Of a stretch of DNA of 64,000 nt, positions 47,801-61,600 are shown piece after piece (the stretch's first letter is position 1; each line of letters begins with the position of its first letter). The notes below the pieces were generated by a model, which ran no database searches, was not told the origin of the DNA, and saw only the letters and a program-made list of their open reading frames with translations. This stretch comes from Lingula anatina (taxonomy: Eukaryota > Animalia > Brachiopoda). The translations under genes and the position numbers were made by a program. The DNA lies in assembly GCA_051362555.1 (NCBI GenBank), contig CM120640.1, forward strand, positions 48,896,788-48,960,787. The letters run 5' to 3'.

Positions 47801-50800
47801 CTTTGTCTTAAAAAATTGTCCATATGAATTATATTGTTCCACACATAAAACACATACCTGGTTCAATAACTTCTGTGGCAGGTCATAACCATTTATCTTT
47901 GCAGCTTTTTTAATTATCTTCTTTGACTTTTCAACTTGATTGTTTTGCAGGAACCACCTGGCCGATCCAGGAATAACTCTGTCCCTTTTTTCAAAAAAGC
48001 CACAGTATTTTAACCCACCAGAATATTACAATTATCTTTATAAAGCAACAATAAAATTGTTACGTTTTGACAAGATACGAATTAAAACGTCAATTAAATT
48101 TAGGATAGACTTGAGTTGAAAATGTATCTCACATATAATATTACAGTTTACACTTACCCCTGTATAAGACCGCATTCAGATTCAGACCTCGTGCCAGCTG
48201 GGTCGATTCAACTCTGCGGGGGATTCTCACTAAAATGATCAAAGTAATCAAATTAATTGTGTGACACTCCTCCTCGCACTGCCCGGGGGTAGTTATCTTT
48301 CGTCTATGCTCGGCTTAATTATCCTTTAGTTGGTCGAAGAGCCGTGTCAGACAATTAAGCTAATTTCATTTGATTGCACTTTAGCGAGAATCCTTTTTGA
48401 CCCGGCTGGTACGATGTCTAAATCTGAATGCGCCCTAAAAAGCGAAATATTAAATTCAACTCCTTCCATACAAATCAAACATATCCGTCTACAATTGTAA
48501 CGCAATAATATCAATTTACTTATATCTAAAATGGCAATCATCCGGGATAACCTAAAAAGGAGCTGCGGCACTACGAGCTCTCATGCGAGACTAGAAACGT
48601 TCGAGAAAACGCATGAGGAAGGGTTAACTTTGTAGCGATGAGGGCCGATGTAATTACAAATATGACATGCACAGCAGGTTGAATTCTTAATGTTGTGGAA
48701 TAAACTGTAATTCGAAGAAAGCAGTCGGAAAATAGCCATAGGTAAATTCTATCACTGCAATAAGTCTAAATGGGTAGTCTGCCATTAGGCCCTATATCTG
48801 ACCCCGATCTCCTTAAAATCTAGCACGAAAATTCATTTGTTAGCACAGACAGTACATATCAGAATCGTCAATAGGAGAGCTAACGCATGAATTTTCGTGC
48901 TACTTCAAATCTCGCGAAATTTCGCTTGACTTAAAACAAAGTCGCAAGACTTTGAGCTATCTCGGATGATTCCCATTATGGGTGATCCCATTACATGCAA
49001 ACCGCTGTCTGAAAGTATTCATATATGTGATAAGAAAACTCATACTGATAAACCAAGGTGCACTTACCAAATGAATATCAATAAAAACAATCCTGGTAGG
49101 GAAATAGTAAACTGCAACCATGTCCAATACGGGATGAAGTATGCAGCAAAAGAAAGGGTACAGAATCCCACTGCGAAGAAGGCGTTGATGGCAATACCCG
49201 TTATAACTCTACCATTCTTCGCACCAATAAACTCCATCCCTGAAACGTAACATTTTCCTTGAAGGAAGGCCGTGCGCCGACATATGACTAACGGTGAATA
49301 GCAAATGTCTTAAAATTTGAAAATCATTGATTAGACATAACAGCGACACATGGAATATGAATTTTTAAAACTAAATGTAGAATAAAAATAAATATCAAAA
49401 AGTATTTACCGATAACAAATGCAGTGAGCGTAACCCCGGAATGTGAGGTGCCCAGAACGAAACGAAGGATAACGAAAGTGACATACTCAGGCGCAGAGCC
49501 AAGAAGACTGCCGGCTAATATTTGTAACAACATGCCTATAATCATGACGCGCTTTCTGCCAAATCTGAAAAGAAAAACTCTTATGAATCCTTACGCTTGC
49601 CAATACACTTATAGTCATGTGGTGAGCAGTATTAAAAACATACTTTTCAGCTCGTCATATAAATTTGTGATCATCTTGCAAAGTATTGTGATTTTGTGTT
49701 ATTATTTTAACTGTGTTCCGTTATGAGCACACTTTTCGAGCACCTACCTGTCTGACAGGTGCCCGTATACAACTGCACCAGTCAACACCCCGGCCATGTA
49801 AATGGACTGTGCCAAGCTGTTGAGATACTTACGGTCACATACCATATCAAACTGTAATGTTAGGATAATGAACACAACTGGTTAATAATTTTAAACTTCA
49901 TGAAACTGAGAAAACAACATTGCCATACATGCTAAAGCTCTATAACAAAGCTAAATGACACTGGAGTTATAAAAAAGATACCAAAATTTATATTTCATAC
50001 TTAAACGCGTAGGGTCTAATTTTCCACACAAATTAGGCGCACCTGTTGGCCTATATTACTGCAGTGAGGGAATTCTAGGTCTCCGATTTTGTAGAAAATT
50101 ATGGAAATGATGAGGATAACAAATTATGACTGCTTTTCACCGCTGAACGTTTTGAATAGCTGAGCACCAACCTGCGAGAAAACAGATGTCTTGTACCGTG
50201 ATGTGTCATAGACCCATTGGTCACACTGCACTGTGGCAGTTGTATTGTCTGGTATTGTATACCACACCCCTCTGGTCACGTTGACAGCATACATATTACA
50301 GCGGTCATACTGTCCATCTCCACTAGTAGGATATACCAAGGAGTAGTTGAGGGAACCAGTTTTGTTGTAATAATCATCCCAGCCTGGGACAAAGCACCTA
50401 TTTTATCAAATACAGAAAGGATTAGCATTTTTTAATAAGGCCTATCAATCTCATCACTGTCTTAGGCGCATTTCCTTTCTGGGGTATTCATGTCAAAAAG
50501 GCTCTTGGATGATATACCGCATAACCGAACTTAATAATATGCTAGTCTTAATATTTTCCAATATTTGGCAATCTTTATTGAAAATTAAACATGGGATTAG
50601 TCAGGCGTATTCAATTGTTAGGAATATTTTATATGCAACTGTTGCCAACATCTTGTATATATCGTAACCTTCGCATATTTCAATCTAATAGAAATGATGA
50701 TGGATTCAATAATACCTGAAATCTTGCGTTGCTGCAATGAAAGTCATGGCTAATGCGTGCATCCCAGACACCCATGCCGGCAAAGACAGCAGAAATAGCT

Positions 50801-50858
50801 GGCTCTTCTGATACTTTCCAAATTCACCCAAATGTGGAATTATCTCTTCAAACTTCAT
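44805..50858 (-). CDS. SLC22-family organic cation/anion transporter (MFS), ~584 aa if intact. Exons 50858-50716, 50397-50172, 49851-49748, 49564-49410, 49239-49068, 47984(or 47978)-47858, 47377-47292, 47077-46854, 46625-46444, 46145-45991, 45435-45376, 44925-44805
   Basis: [17 protein letters not shown] start, Cys-containing first loop (CDQWVYD..FDMVCDR), [44 protein letters not shown]-terminal PDZ-type TTRF*. One junction is problematic (see findings). Confidence 0.88.
48168..48435. mobile_element. MITE related to the TWA family, TAA TSD
   Basis: taa|gaccgcattcagattcagac.tcgtgccagctgggtc ... gacccggctggtacgatgtctaaatctgaatgcgccc|taa; ~50-bp imperfect TIR. Confidence 0.8.
48821..48902. repeat. 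Perfect 16-bp inverted repeat (hairpin or MITE core)
   Basis: tagcacgaaaattcat (48821-48836) / atgaattttcgtgcta (48887-48902), extending inward with gttagc/gctaac. Confidence 0.8.
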
Positions 50859-52179
50859 TTTCCCTATTTTTTATTTTAAATAAGATTCTTTAATGAATGT
50901 ATTTCGTTATATATTGTACCGACTGCTTAGCCCTTTATGCATTTTCTTCAAAACTACTCTTAAAGCTAAGATAAGATTTACAGATTGACTTAAGTAGAAA
51001 ATCGGTCTTAGCACAGATTACTAAGAATTCTAGCTGACAAAATTGCGTTCCACAAATATTTCATAAGTTCACTTACTTTTTACTTGGTCAATAAAATCGG
51101 TAAAGAAAATTGTGACTGAGTTTCACCTTCAAGAGAGTTAGACTTCCAAAATCGAGATGCGCTGAATAAATTGATAATTCTCGTATTTTGTCTCTTTTAC
51201 ACACAGCTACATGCAGTGCACTTAAGATATTTTATGCACCAAGATACAACATATAGGCTTTTTTCATCCCAAATGTACCCATAAAACATAGCACAGGCGA
51301 TGAGCTCACTTTGATTAATCTCTCGATGCACATCAAAATTAGGACACAAGTTACATGTATATGTAGCTTTACATGTCGCTCATACGCACATTTGGGTAGA
51401 AGAAAGCCAAGAAATGTAAGTACTCGGTGCACATACCTCGTGTCAAAGAGACAAAATGCCGGAATTAACAATGCACTCAACGTAATTATATTTACCTCTT
51501 GGGAGTTCAACCCCCTTTCTCAGTATTGACAACAGGTCCTCAAGATACCTGAACTGATGTAGGCCTAACAGTGAAGCGCGTCGACTTGGATCAAATCATC
51601 CTTATCTCTTATCATACCACGGTCAGAACACACGCCCCCGACGCTTACCCCACTAAGTCTTACATTTTTGATATTCGCCTTGGTATAAGTCCAATATACC
51701 CCAAATCAACAAGGTATATTCGTATCCAGTAGGCCCTACTAGGCCTACTTGTCACTTGTGCATACCCTGATACCGTGTCCCTGTCAGACTATTCAAACGT
51801 AAAAAAGCTTTATCATTCTAATTTAGACTCCGGTTATGTAAGTTTAGGTGTTTCCGAAATCCAGGTGATAAATAAGTTACTGATTACTAGCAGGAAAACA
51901 ACGCTTTTATTTATATATAGGAGCATCCTCAATTCACAGTACTACTGGCATATATATTCAAAAGGCGAATCCAGGGGGTGGGTGAGACCGGTGTATTTAT
52001 TTATTTATTTATAGGCCTATATTTATCATTTCATTCACTTGAGCTGTTTTAAAACATGTTTCACCACCACTTGTCTCATCCCATATTCACATGCCAACTT
52101 TGTATTCAAGCATTTCCATGTGAAATCCTGGACTACTCGATGAATCCAAACACAGGTTTTCAGTGAAGCTTTGTAAAAT

Positions 52180-52406
52180 ACTAGAAAAGCACTCCGAGAG
52201 CGAAGACCTCCGCCAAGGCAGCAATTTTTGATTATTTTTGATTATTGATTGATTATTGATCCACCAAAAACTAATCATCTCTTCCTTGGACCACTTCTGA
52301 CAGTTCCTGAAAATTTCATCAAAATCGGTCCATAACTTTTTGAGTTATGTTGATGACAAACAAACAGACAAACAGGGGTGAAAACATAACCTCCTTGGCG
52401 GAGGTA
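52180..52406 (-). mobile_element. Non-autonomous Helentron-type element (HINE/DINE-1-like)
   Basis: On - strand begins tt-acctccgccaaggaggt, has a (GTTT/GTCT) microsatellite core, 13-bp subterminal IR (52206-52218 / 52393-52405), short 3' stem-loop and ends ttttctagt in T-rich flanks. Confidence 0.75.
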
Positions 52407-52888
52407 AAAATTTATATTACGCAAATGTAACATGGAAATGACGGAATAAGTAATAAGTACTTTGTTCTTCAAGTAACAAAATTAAGCGTTCAAGACGAGG
52501 CACACACACGCACGCACTATCACAGACAGTAGACAGGCTACAAAGCACTGTTGTACGGGTGGGGTCATCTCATACTTCTGGAGATAAACAAAAATGAAGC
52601 GGAGAAGCTTTTTGAGTTTGTTCGGCAAAGTTTAACTTCATAATATATTAATTAAGATAATAGGCCTATAAATGAATTAAGAACAGTCATTTACGGGGTA
52701 GTTCAAACAGATGCATGGCCTATGTGGGGGTCCGGAACGACAGGTCTCGGTTGCGAAGCCGAACATCGCCCCGGGGCCTGCTCAAGAGAAATTTTTGATG
52801 TTTGGGAAAGCAAACAATGCTCTTTGGTTCAGTTTAGAACTATGATTTACCTAGTCAAAATTCTAATTTCAAGAGGGGAATATTTGTG

Positions 52889-52890
<2 letters not shown>

Positions 52891-52976
<86 letters not shown>

Positions 52977-52977
52977 C
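52891..52977. repeat. (TA)n followed by poly-T
   Basis: Directly visible. Confidence 0.95.
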
Positions 52978-53370
52978 AGAAATCTATAGGACCCTTACTT
53001 GGACACATTACGGACCTTTAATGATGATTTTTCCCTTTGTTTGTATCCATTCTGCTTTAAAAGACCTGCCCTTTTCGCACCCACGCGCAGCCGCGTTAGG
53101 ATCACTTGCCAAGATGTTCGTCCTACTGCTCCTAATCAATTTGAAAGTATGGCGGGAAATTGCTGACGTCATGACCTACATATGAAATGCACTCTGTTTT
53201 GGCCTCACAAGCCTATTGTCACTGTTACAGGCGCACTTAAAGTATTCTCAGTTTTGTAAATAGTTGACCAAGCATTGGAAAAATGAGCTTTTGCACCCAA
53301 TATGTAAGTGTAAGTGTCTGGTGATATACGTCAGAATATAGAAAACATTTAACCTAAGGCAAGAAAAATA

Positions 53371-53443
53371 GCCCGGTTAGCTCAGTCGGTAGAGCATGGG
53401 ACTCTTAATCCCAGGGTCGTGGGTTCGAGCCCCACATTGGGCG
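53371..53443 (+). tRNA. trnK-CTT: tRNA-Lys (anticodon CTT)
   Basis: 73 nt: GCCCGGT acceptor stem, A box TAGCTCAGTCGG, anticodon arm TGGGA-CT-CTT-AA-TCCCA, B box GGTTCGAGCCC, T runs 10-20 nt downstream. Confidence 0.97.
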
Positions 53444-54631
53444 ATGAAATATTTTCCATTTTTCAAATTTAATTTGTATATATTTTGTCTATATCACTTT
53501 GTGTACACTCATCACTGTGTAAAATGAATGTGAGGAGGAGAAGAAAGCCAAGAAATTGGTGATAAGGCAATTTTACCAATTTGTCAGGTAGTATTACATG
53601 TTCCATCTAATATAGTCATGATCCAGAAACCTAACCCCTGATGGGACTACTGTTCCTATTGTTCCTAAGTTATAGTGGTCTCTAGGACTTAGATTACTGA
53701 TAATCTGATGGATTTAAAGACAGGGATGAATTGTATAGCACTAGCGTGTAACAAAATAACCAGAAACAACTTTTATCAATATGTCGCAGAAATCATTTTA
53801 TTGTAAAGCAAATGTAGTACAAAAATATCATAAAATGTAGTATTTTCTTAAGAAGAAAAAAAAAAAACAAAGATAAGCTGAACATTCTATACAGGAAAAG
53901 GTTCTGATTTTAAAAAAATGCTTTCCCAGTACTCATTTAATCACATCTTTCTTTTACATAGGGAAAAAAACTTTACAGAAATTGAATGTAGGCCTATATC
54001 AAACTCATCAAGAAACTGTTTAGATTCGATAGCCACTTTTGAGTAAACGTTCATTATAGTAACGTTTCTAATCATGGAATAAACAAGATGACGTACATTT
54101 CACATTTGACAGATAAAGTCACATAACTAAAGCATGTACACACATGGACTTTTCAATGTCAACCATGAAAGATAAAATCGGGAGATCTACGGTCTTGTAG
54201 CATTTGATCTTCATTTTTTCACTTTCAAATTTTCGACTGGCTTTTTATTTGGCTTGTTTAATTTTTGCTTCTGTGCTCGTTCTGTATGCTATGCCTTTTT
54301 CAAATAAATTTTGAAAGAAAATTTTGGTGTTTCGCGGAGAAAGCAATTTTTCATAAAGAATCTGTTTTAGCTTGAACTACCTTTACTACCCTACTCATGA
54401 AGTATAAAATTCATATATTTTTTTGTAGAATACAACTCTCTCTCTGAAGTTCCTTTCATGGGTACATGTAGCTTCTTTTAACGCATGAAATAAAAACGCG
54501 GAGAAAACATGTATAATGCGTATTTGTCGGTCAAAATCTTAGCACCAGAGGAATGGCTTTGAAACGAGAAGTTTTTTGTAAAGCATTTCCCCGAGGAAAA
54601 CCCTGCCTTAATCAGCAGCTAATTACAGGGG

Positions 54632-57600
54632 TCATACTAAAGTAGGATCTTCCTTTCTTGTTTCGTCCACATCGTCATCGTCGTCGTCCTCACTATCTAA
54701 ATCTATCCCGTATTTCTCCATCGCTTTTTCAAATATATCACTGGTGCCGTCGTCATCGTCTATCTGGAGGGACGCAACAGAGAGTTTATCGACCTCTGGG
54801 TCGCCAAGGCCTAGTGTGTCCTTTTCATGGGTTTCGTCTGAAAATGTCAGAAAGTGATTTTACTCAAAATAAAAGTGCTGTGTGCGTTTGCCCACATATC
54901 TAGTGGAACATCAAAAAACGTAGCATCGCTATAAAACTAAAATACTTAATTACATAAACCAGTCATATGGTAACCGGTCATGAACGCAGTCTTTCTCTCC
55001 TATGTGCCTTACTTAATCCCCTCCCACCCCACCCTCAGGTTGCGGAGAAATAGTGAACTTACCTTCCGGCGTTGCCAGATGATTCGCCTCGTGCATCACT
55101 GACTTTATGTCTAATTTCTTGGTTTTCCTGTTACCTGCAAAATCATGACATTAAAGCGTTTAGTTGGTTTCTTTATTTGTTTTTGCCTTTTTACTTTTGT
55201 AAACATTACTAATATGTTCGTGGTGGTTTTTATCGTTTTTAATCATCCATTTTCTATTGTATTTATCCTTTTGTTTTGTTTGCCTCTACTTTAAGATTGA
55301 ATCATTGATCTAAGTAGGCCTAAGTTTTTATTAGCCTCCATTTATGCAAAGGGCGATAGAAGGTGGCATTTAACTTGGACAATAAATATTGGATTATCTC
55401 AAATAACAGAAATAGGTAACTGGAAGCTACGGAAATGAAGTACCTAAGAAGATTGTTGAGAATATCCTGAACAGAAAGAAAGACCAATAAAGAAGTGTCA
55501 CAACCTTGCATGTGTACAACGATCACTGATGAAAACAATTAGAAAAAGTCAAATGAAATCTCTGGGCCATACCATCAAATAGAAAAACTATTAAAACTAA
55601 TAAAAAGTAGAGGAAGACAAAAAAAAAACAGCATATATTGACAGCCTTAATAGTTATGTATCAACTCAACGATTGTCCAACTCATCCAAGTGACTGAAAA
55701 TAGGGAAAACTGGAGTTCCATTATCGTCGATGCCTGCACCGAGCCTGACACTAGAAGAAGAAGAAAAAAAAGAAGAAGAAGAAACATTTGGCTCAAACTT
55801 ATCAACATTAATTTTGAAACTTACCATGTTCATCAATTTCGTCCACTGTTACGACATCCACCCCTTCCATTTTGGGAACCTTCGCTTTCTGGTCCCATGA
55901 TGGACCAAAATGAATGTCAAACATTTTCTTGAACCTGTTCATATTCTTCACTTGGTTGACTCCCTTTTTAAACTTATTTAGAGGGATATAGACAGACTTT
56001 TTGCGCTTCAGTTTCATTTGATTGCCTTGGACTTTATGGAGATCTTCTGGAAGACCGTATTCATACCGAGTCTCTTTCTCAACTTGAAGCACCCGACTAG
56101 TGACATACTGGCTCATAAAGCGTTGTTTTTGTTCTTTTTCAAACCTCTCTCGCACTCTCTTTAATTCCTTTTGCTGTCTTGCCCTTGTTTGGCGTTTCAT
56201 TTGTTCTTGTTTCTCTACAGACTTGTTGTGCTGTATGACCGCGTCCATTTGGACCTTCGATAAACGCTTAAAGAATTCTCGTTTCCTTTGCTTTTTGTGA
56301 ATTTCTGTTTGTGTCCCGTATACGCTGGTTATCTCTCGGTATTTCGTGGTTTCATTTGGTGTTAAAACGTAATCTGTAGATCTCCTCCACGGAGGAATTT
56401 TTCGAATCAGAATTTCTTTTTTCGAAGGGCGCGTCTCTGACTTAGATGTGTCTAATAGTCGACGAGTTTCAGCAACATAAATAGATTTGCTTCTTTGATA
56501 TTCGACAGGCAATTCTTCAACCTTTGTCTTCAATGTAAAAGTTGTTTTGTTTCGAGTGAATTCTCTCTTTAACGTTTGAACGTTCCCGTCGGGCTTTTTC
56601 GTAGTCCCGTGTTCAGCAAATTTCTCTGAGGTAACTGTAACGGACGGTTGTTTAGTTGTGTCCCTGGTTTGACTAGATTGCGACTGAGCTTTGTGGGCAC
56701 TTCCTACATTGTTATTTACATCTTTACCAGTCGAAGCACCAGATCGGGTTCTAACGCCGTTTTCAGTGTTTGCGATTTCCTGAGTCGCCTTTGAACCTTC
56801 GTCGTGTTTAGTATTGTTACGTAAAATTCCTTGCGGTTTGGCATGGGCTTGTTGACTAGAATCACTTGTTGCGACGCTTTTTGTGTCCGACCTGTAAAGA
56901 AAACACAACTTAAAATCATGAAGTTGATAAGCTATTAGAACTTCTTCAATAGTTTATCTAAGGCCTACTAATTTTCAAACCAAAAAAGTTGAGCAAAGTG
57001 TAATCAGCAGTCAGATTTGCATCCTTTTAAACATAACCGACTTTACAAAAATTATAAAAACATAAAACCGAGAAACGTAAAATCTTACTTGTTTTGGTGT
57101 TGAGACCTCGGTGAAATATCTGCTCTATTATGGGCCCAACTGCTGGCAAATTTCTTAGATTTAACAAATTGCGCATCCTTATCTCTTGTTGATTTACCTG
57201 CATAACCTGCGAAGAAAACATAACATAGTTTTGTTAATGAAAAATACCCATAATGCCTTACTTCATCAATCTCATAGTGCCCAGATTTATTGACGGCACG
57301 CAACCAATTCTGCTTCGTAACAATTTACATAAGTATGCAGTGTATGATTTTATTCAATATCGGCATCAGTGTCGCAATAGCTTTTCCTGGCTTGTATATA
57401 GACCTACAGTATTAATAATTTCATTTACTTCATTCTATTTATTTATTTTGCATTTTTCATTGATCACCATTATTCTCTTTTATTTCTTATGTCAGATTTA
57501 TCTATTTATTTCATCTCTTTTTTATTTGTAGTAGAAATAGGTTTTCCTGAAATAGAAAACGGAAGAGACACCCGCCGTTGACTCTATAGTAAACCACTAT

Positions 57601-58594
57601 ACTGATTTGGCAGGCAAAGGTAAACCTAAATGTTTCTCAACGAAAACGCTCTTACATATCCAGCGTTAGCGTTAGTAACATATCCACAAACAAACTCATT
57701 CCCTAAAAGCTAAGCTACATTTTGATCACTGTATGCGACTCTTACTGGACGTCTTTTAAGTGCAGAAATAGAGACATATTATGTTCTCAATACCATTGCT
57801 CATAATTCTTTTGTACGCTTGATTTGCCAGAAGCAATATATGAAAGAAAGTTTATACCGGTGCGAGGTATTTAAATAACATTCATTTTATTCAAAGTTAA
57901 ATAAGGGATTAAAAGGTTACCTTAAACTGTGTCAATAAAATATGTTTACTACATAGGTGGACCGAATTGCGAAATAATAGAAGGTGTGCCACACATAGCA
58001 CATTGAATTTAACGGATTATCCAAACTCCGACAAAAACGAAAAGCCATATCATGTTTGGTTTACCCATAGAAAGCACTCAGTGGAATCTTAACAGGGAAA
58101 TCTACTTGCAGCTTATCCCGATTGATTTCGCAATGGCTTTAGATTATACAGCTGTTTAGCTATGGAAGTTGAGGAGAATTCATCAGGTTTTTTTAATATA
58201 AAAATTTGTACCTGATCACTAACAGGAGACTTCTAAGATATGGAAGTCAAATTTTAGATAAAAAAAAACTCGCAGAGGTACACGTATGGTCTTGTTTAAG
58301 TGGTGCAAGACTATGGCAATATTTTTCGATTTAAATAGGATAACTGATACATGAGCTTAAGTTTTGAAAAGAATAAACAGAGAAAAAGACAAGAGGGAGA
58401 ATTGAGGTGAAGGTATATTTACCGTCTCTGTGTCCCCGTGAAGTGTGTGTCTCCTGGCTATTAGGATCTGCGCCACCGTTCACCAGGTTGTTAATCTTGG
58501 GGAGAGCTCGGGTAGGGGAGGTCTGCTTCTTGCTTGGAGCCGAAGATACATTGCGAGCACTAGTTTCGACCACTGGGAATAAAATATTTCATTC

Positions 58595-58633
<39 letters not shown>

Positions 58634-61600
58634 ATTTGCAACCCTAGGGTTGGACAAATACATTCTTTGAATCATAGGTGAAAAAAGTTAGTAATGAATA
58701 AAAAAAGAATGTTAAAAGATTTAAAATAAAATAACTAAAATGCAAGGTCAAAGATAAAATAAAACTTCCATCGCTCACTGTTATCGATAAATTATGACTA
58801 GTAACGTAAACGTTATTTGAAAGTATGAAAAAACGTTGATGGATAGGAAATAACAAAGATCGCGTTAAAAAAGGCTACACAAGCAAATAAATCGCACGTG
58901 AAAAGTGAAAAAAATATGAAAATAGGATGTTTAACAACGAAAAAAGATAAAGATAAAAATGAAGGGGAGGGGATGAAAGATTACAGAAGCAGGAACAGAT
59001 GGACATATACAGGGAAAATGTTATATATGGAAAGCCTTTAGGCTTTGTAAATGAATGTAACTTGCATTTTTGACTTCTGGTTAACGGTAGGGAACTTGTT
59101 CGAGTTCCGCTGTTGGTGGCCTCTCTCTGTAGTACGTCCCGATTTGCTACAAGTCCGCGCGAGTTTAGGTCTGCTCGAGGCAGAGATTCTTGATTGTTGC
59201 TCTTTCTTCCGTATCTATAAGGAAAAAATAAACAATAGAGATATCTTTTTTGTTATATCATGTAAACTCTGGAAAGTTTCTTCGTGCAAACCTGGAAGGT
59301 TTCTTCATGTAAAATCTGAAATATGAAATAAAATTGTATCGTTCAATTTCTGAAATGAGATCGTCTACTTTTTATGTACATGAAAAGATATTGCAGGCAT
59401 TATCACTGTAGAAATGTACGCGTATAAATATAAGGTGGAGCAAATATCATTTACTGAGAATTGCGTGTTGTAAAATGCAGGGTCACGAAATCTCACCTCC
59501 AACAGACGAAATCGCATGCATAATTTAACTACGATCGTATGTTGCACACAGTATAACAACGTAATTTAAGCTGGATACTTCAGTAACCTGTGACTTTCAC
59601 AGTCCCCGTATACCACATGTTACTTTTCACAAAAAGCAGACGTTTATACAAACTAATGTTCTATGGAAAATGCCCCTCACTCTGCTTCTTCTAAAAGAGT
59701 ATGGCAAAGACATCTACGCTTGTTCAAAAACGTTCTTAATTTTTAGTCAACACCATGATTATAGTTTCAGATCGTCTGAAAATGGTGGCATTAATTTTGT
59801 GCTGAAATCTGAAAATCAAACTGATTAAAACTATTCATTAAATTATGCCTGTTCGTTTTGTAAGTTTACGTACATTTCTCGGGCAGCAGATAAACAACGG
59901 CTTAGAAGCAGCTGACTTGGGGTAAAACTGGAAACATCAGAGCTAAAGATTGAACTACTCATACTACTCCACGATGCCGCACTGGAAGGCATTTTTCGAC
60001 GTCCAACCGGTAGTCCGTGAACGGGAATCTGGTCACTTTTCTGAATTGTTATCCGTTTAGGCGCCGCCTCATGCTCTAAGGTCAAACTGACCACCTTTTT
60101 GTGCCCCTCCTTAATATTTTTTCTCTCATCATAATGACTCTTGCTCAATATCTTCTAAAAGCTGTTTTAACAAATTGACACTTATGCTGACTGTAATCCA
60201 ACGTTTTTGTCCGTGTAATTTCGTTTCCTTCTATCACATGTGTGTTGGAAGGTATTTTTCTCATGGAATATTTGCCCTCTGACACGGCCTATCACGTGAC
60301 AGAGTTCGTATTTCTAGCTGATGTCACCTGGGAGACAACAGTCACCATAGTAACAAGCTAATAAACACAGGCGCTTAAGAACAAGTCTACTGTTGTGTAT
60401 CACCATTAACAAAGGGCGGTGTTTACTATTTTTACATATGAGTGTAACCTCTCTGGTCTTAAATGGGCCTCTTGCTTGTAAAGGAAATATTATCAACAAA
60501 GAACGTTTCGACCCTAATTGTAAATCTGAATGCAGCTTTGTCACATTGACGAATCGGGGCAAACTGGCGGCTAGAATTGCATTTCAGTAGGTGTAATTTA
60601 CCTTTCAAAGTGTTGCTTTTCGGTTCTTTGTTAAAGAGATGATTTTATGTAATCAGTTTTCTCGATTTGCGGATATCAAAATACAGAGTCACAGCTGGAG
60701 TAAATAGTTTAATATTTATATTGAAATATTATAATAAGAATATATGCATAAAATTTGAGCAATTCAAAAGCCATCTCCCGCTATTTTTAATTTTACTTCG
60801 TATGGCAATGTACGCATATTTTTCATCCAAAATAAAATAGTTGTCAAATCATAATGATCAAATACAAAGACCAGGTTGTTTTATTATGTGAATCTCCAAT
60901 GTCAAAAACGACATGACCTCAAAGGGATAGAAAGGTGCTGATGACTTTTTTGTTATTTGCACGCACAGAAAGTACCTTGAACATTTTTTTCTTATAGGTC
61001 CTGTTATTCTGTTTGATTATTCAACAAATTACACAAATACGGTAAAATATGAACTGATAACCGAACTTTTGATCGCTTGCGAACGATTGATTCGGGCCAA
61101 TGTAATGCGGTGGACAATGCGCAATGCGTTTGTTGCGACGGTCCTGGCAGCCAAGCGATTTTCTCTAAAACCAAATCAATTTTCTTTTTTATACGGCGCT
61201 TGGCATTCTTTTTTTATACTTTGCAAATACATGGTTATGCGTTTCTTTGAGAATCATTTTAGTTAAAAAAAAAAGAGCTTTCTTATTTTGGATGGCTTAT
61301 AAAATGCAACAGAAACTAAATATGAGATAGTATGTTACCCCAAAAATAAAGTATAGCTCCTATCTATGAGAGCTTTATTCTCTACATCTCATAATCAGAA
61401 AAAAGAAATTGGGAAAATCATATCCATATCTTGTTTCAATTATATATAAGCTGAGTTCACTCCGACACATCCAAAAAAAAAATATAACCATAAATAACGT
61501 GATCAGAGCATCACACACGTATCATCGACTAGAAACAGTCATATTTTTTCCCATACATATGCCATAAACCCATAAGCACTGCCTAGTACTATTTCCAAAA

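Noticed and set aside
52690-53110. Possible old MITE around the (TA)n tract (ccggggcctgctc..gaaattttt core)
   Set aside because: Termini and TSD could not be defined by eye.
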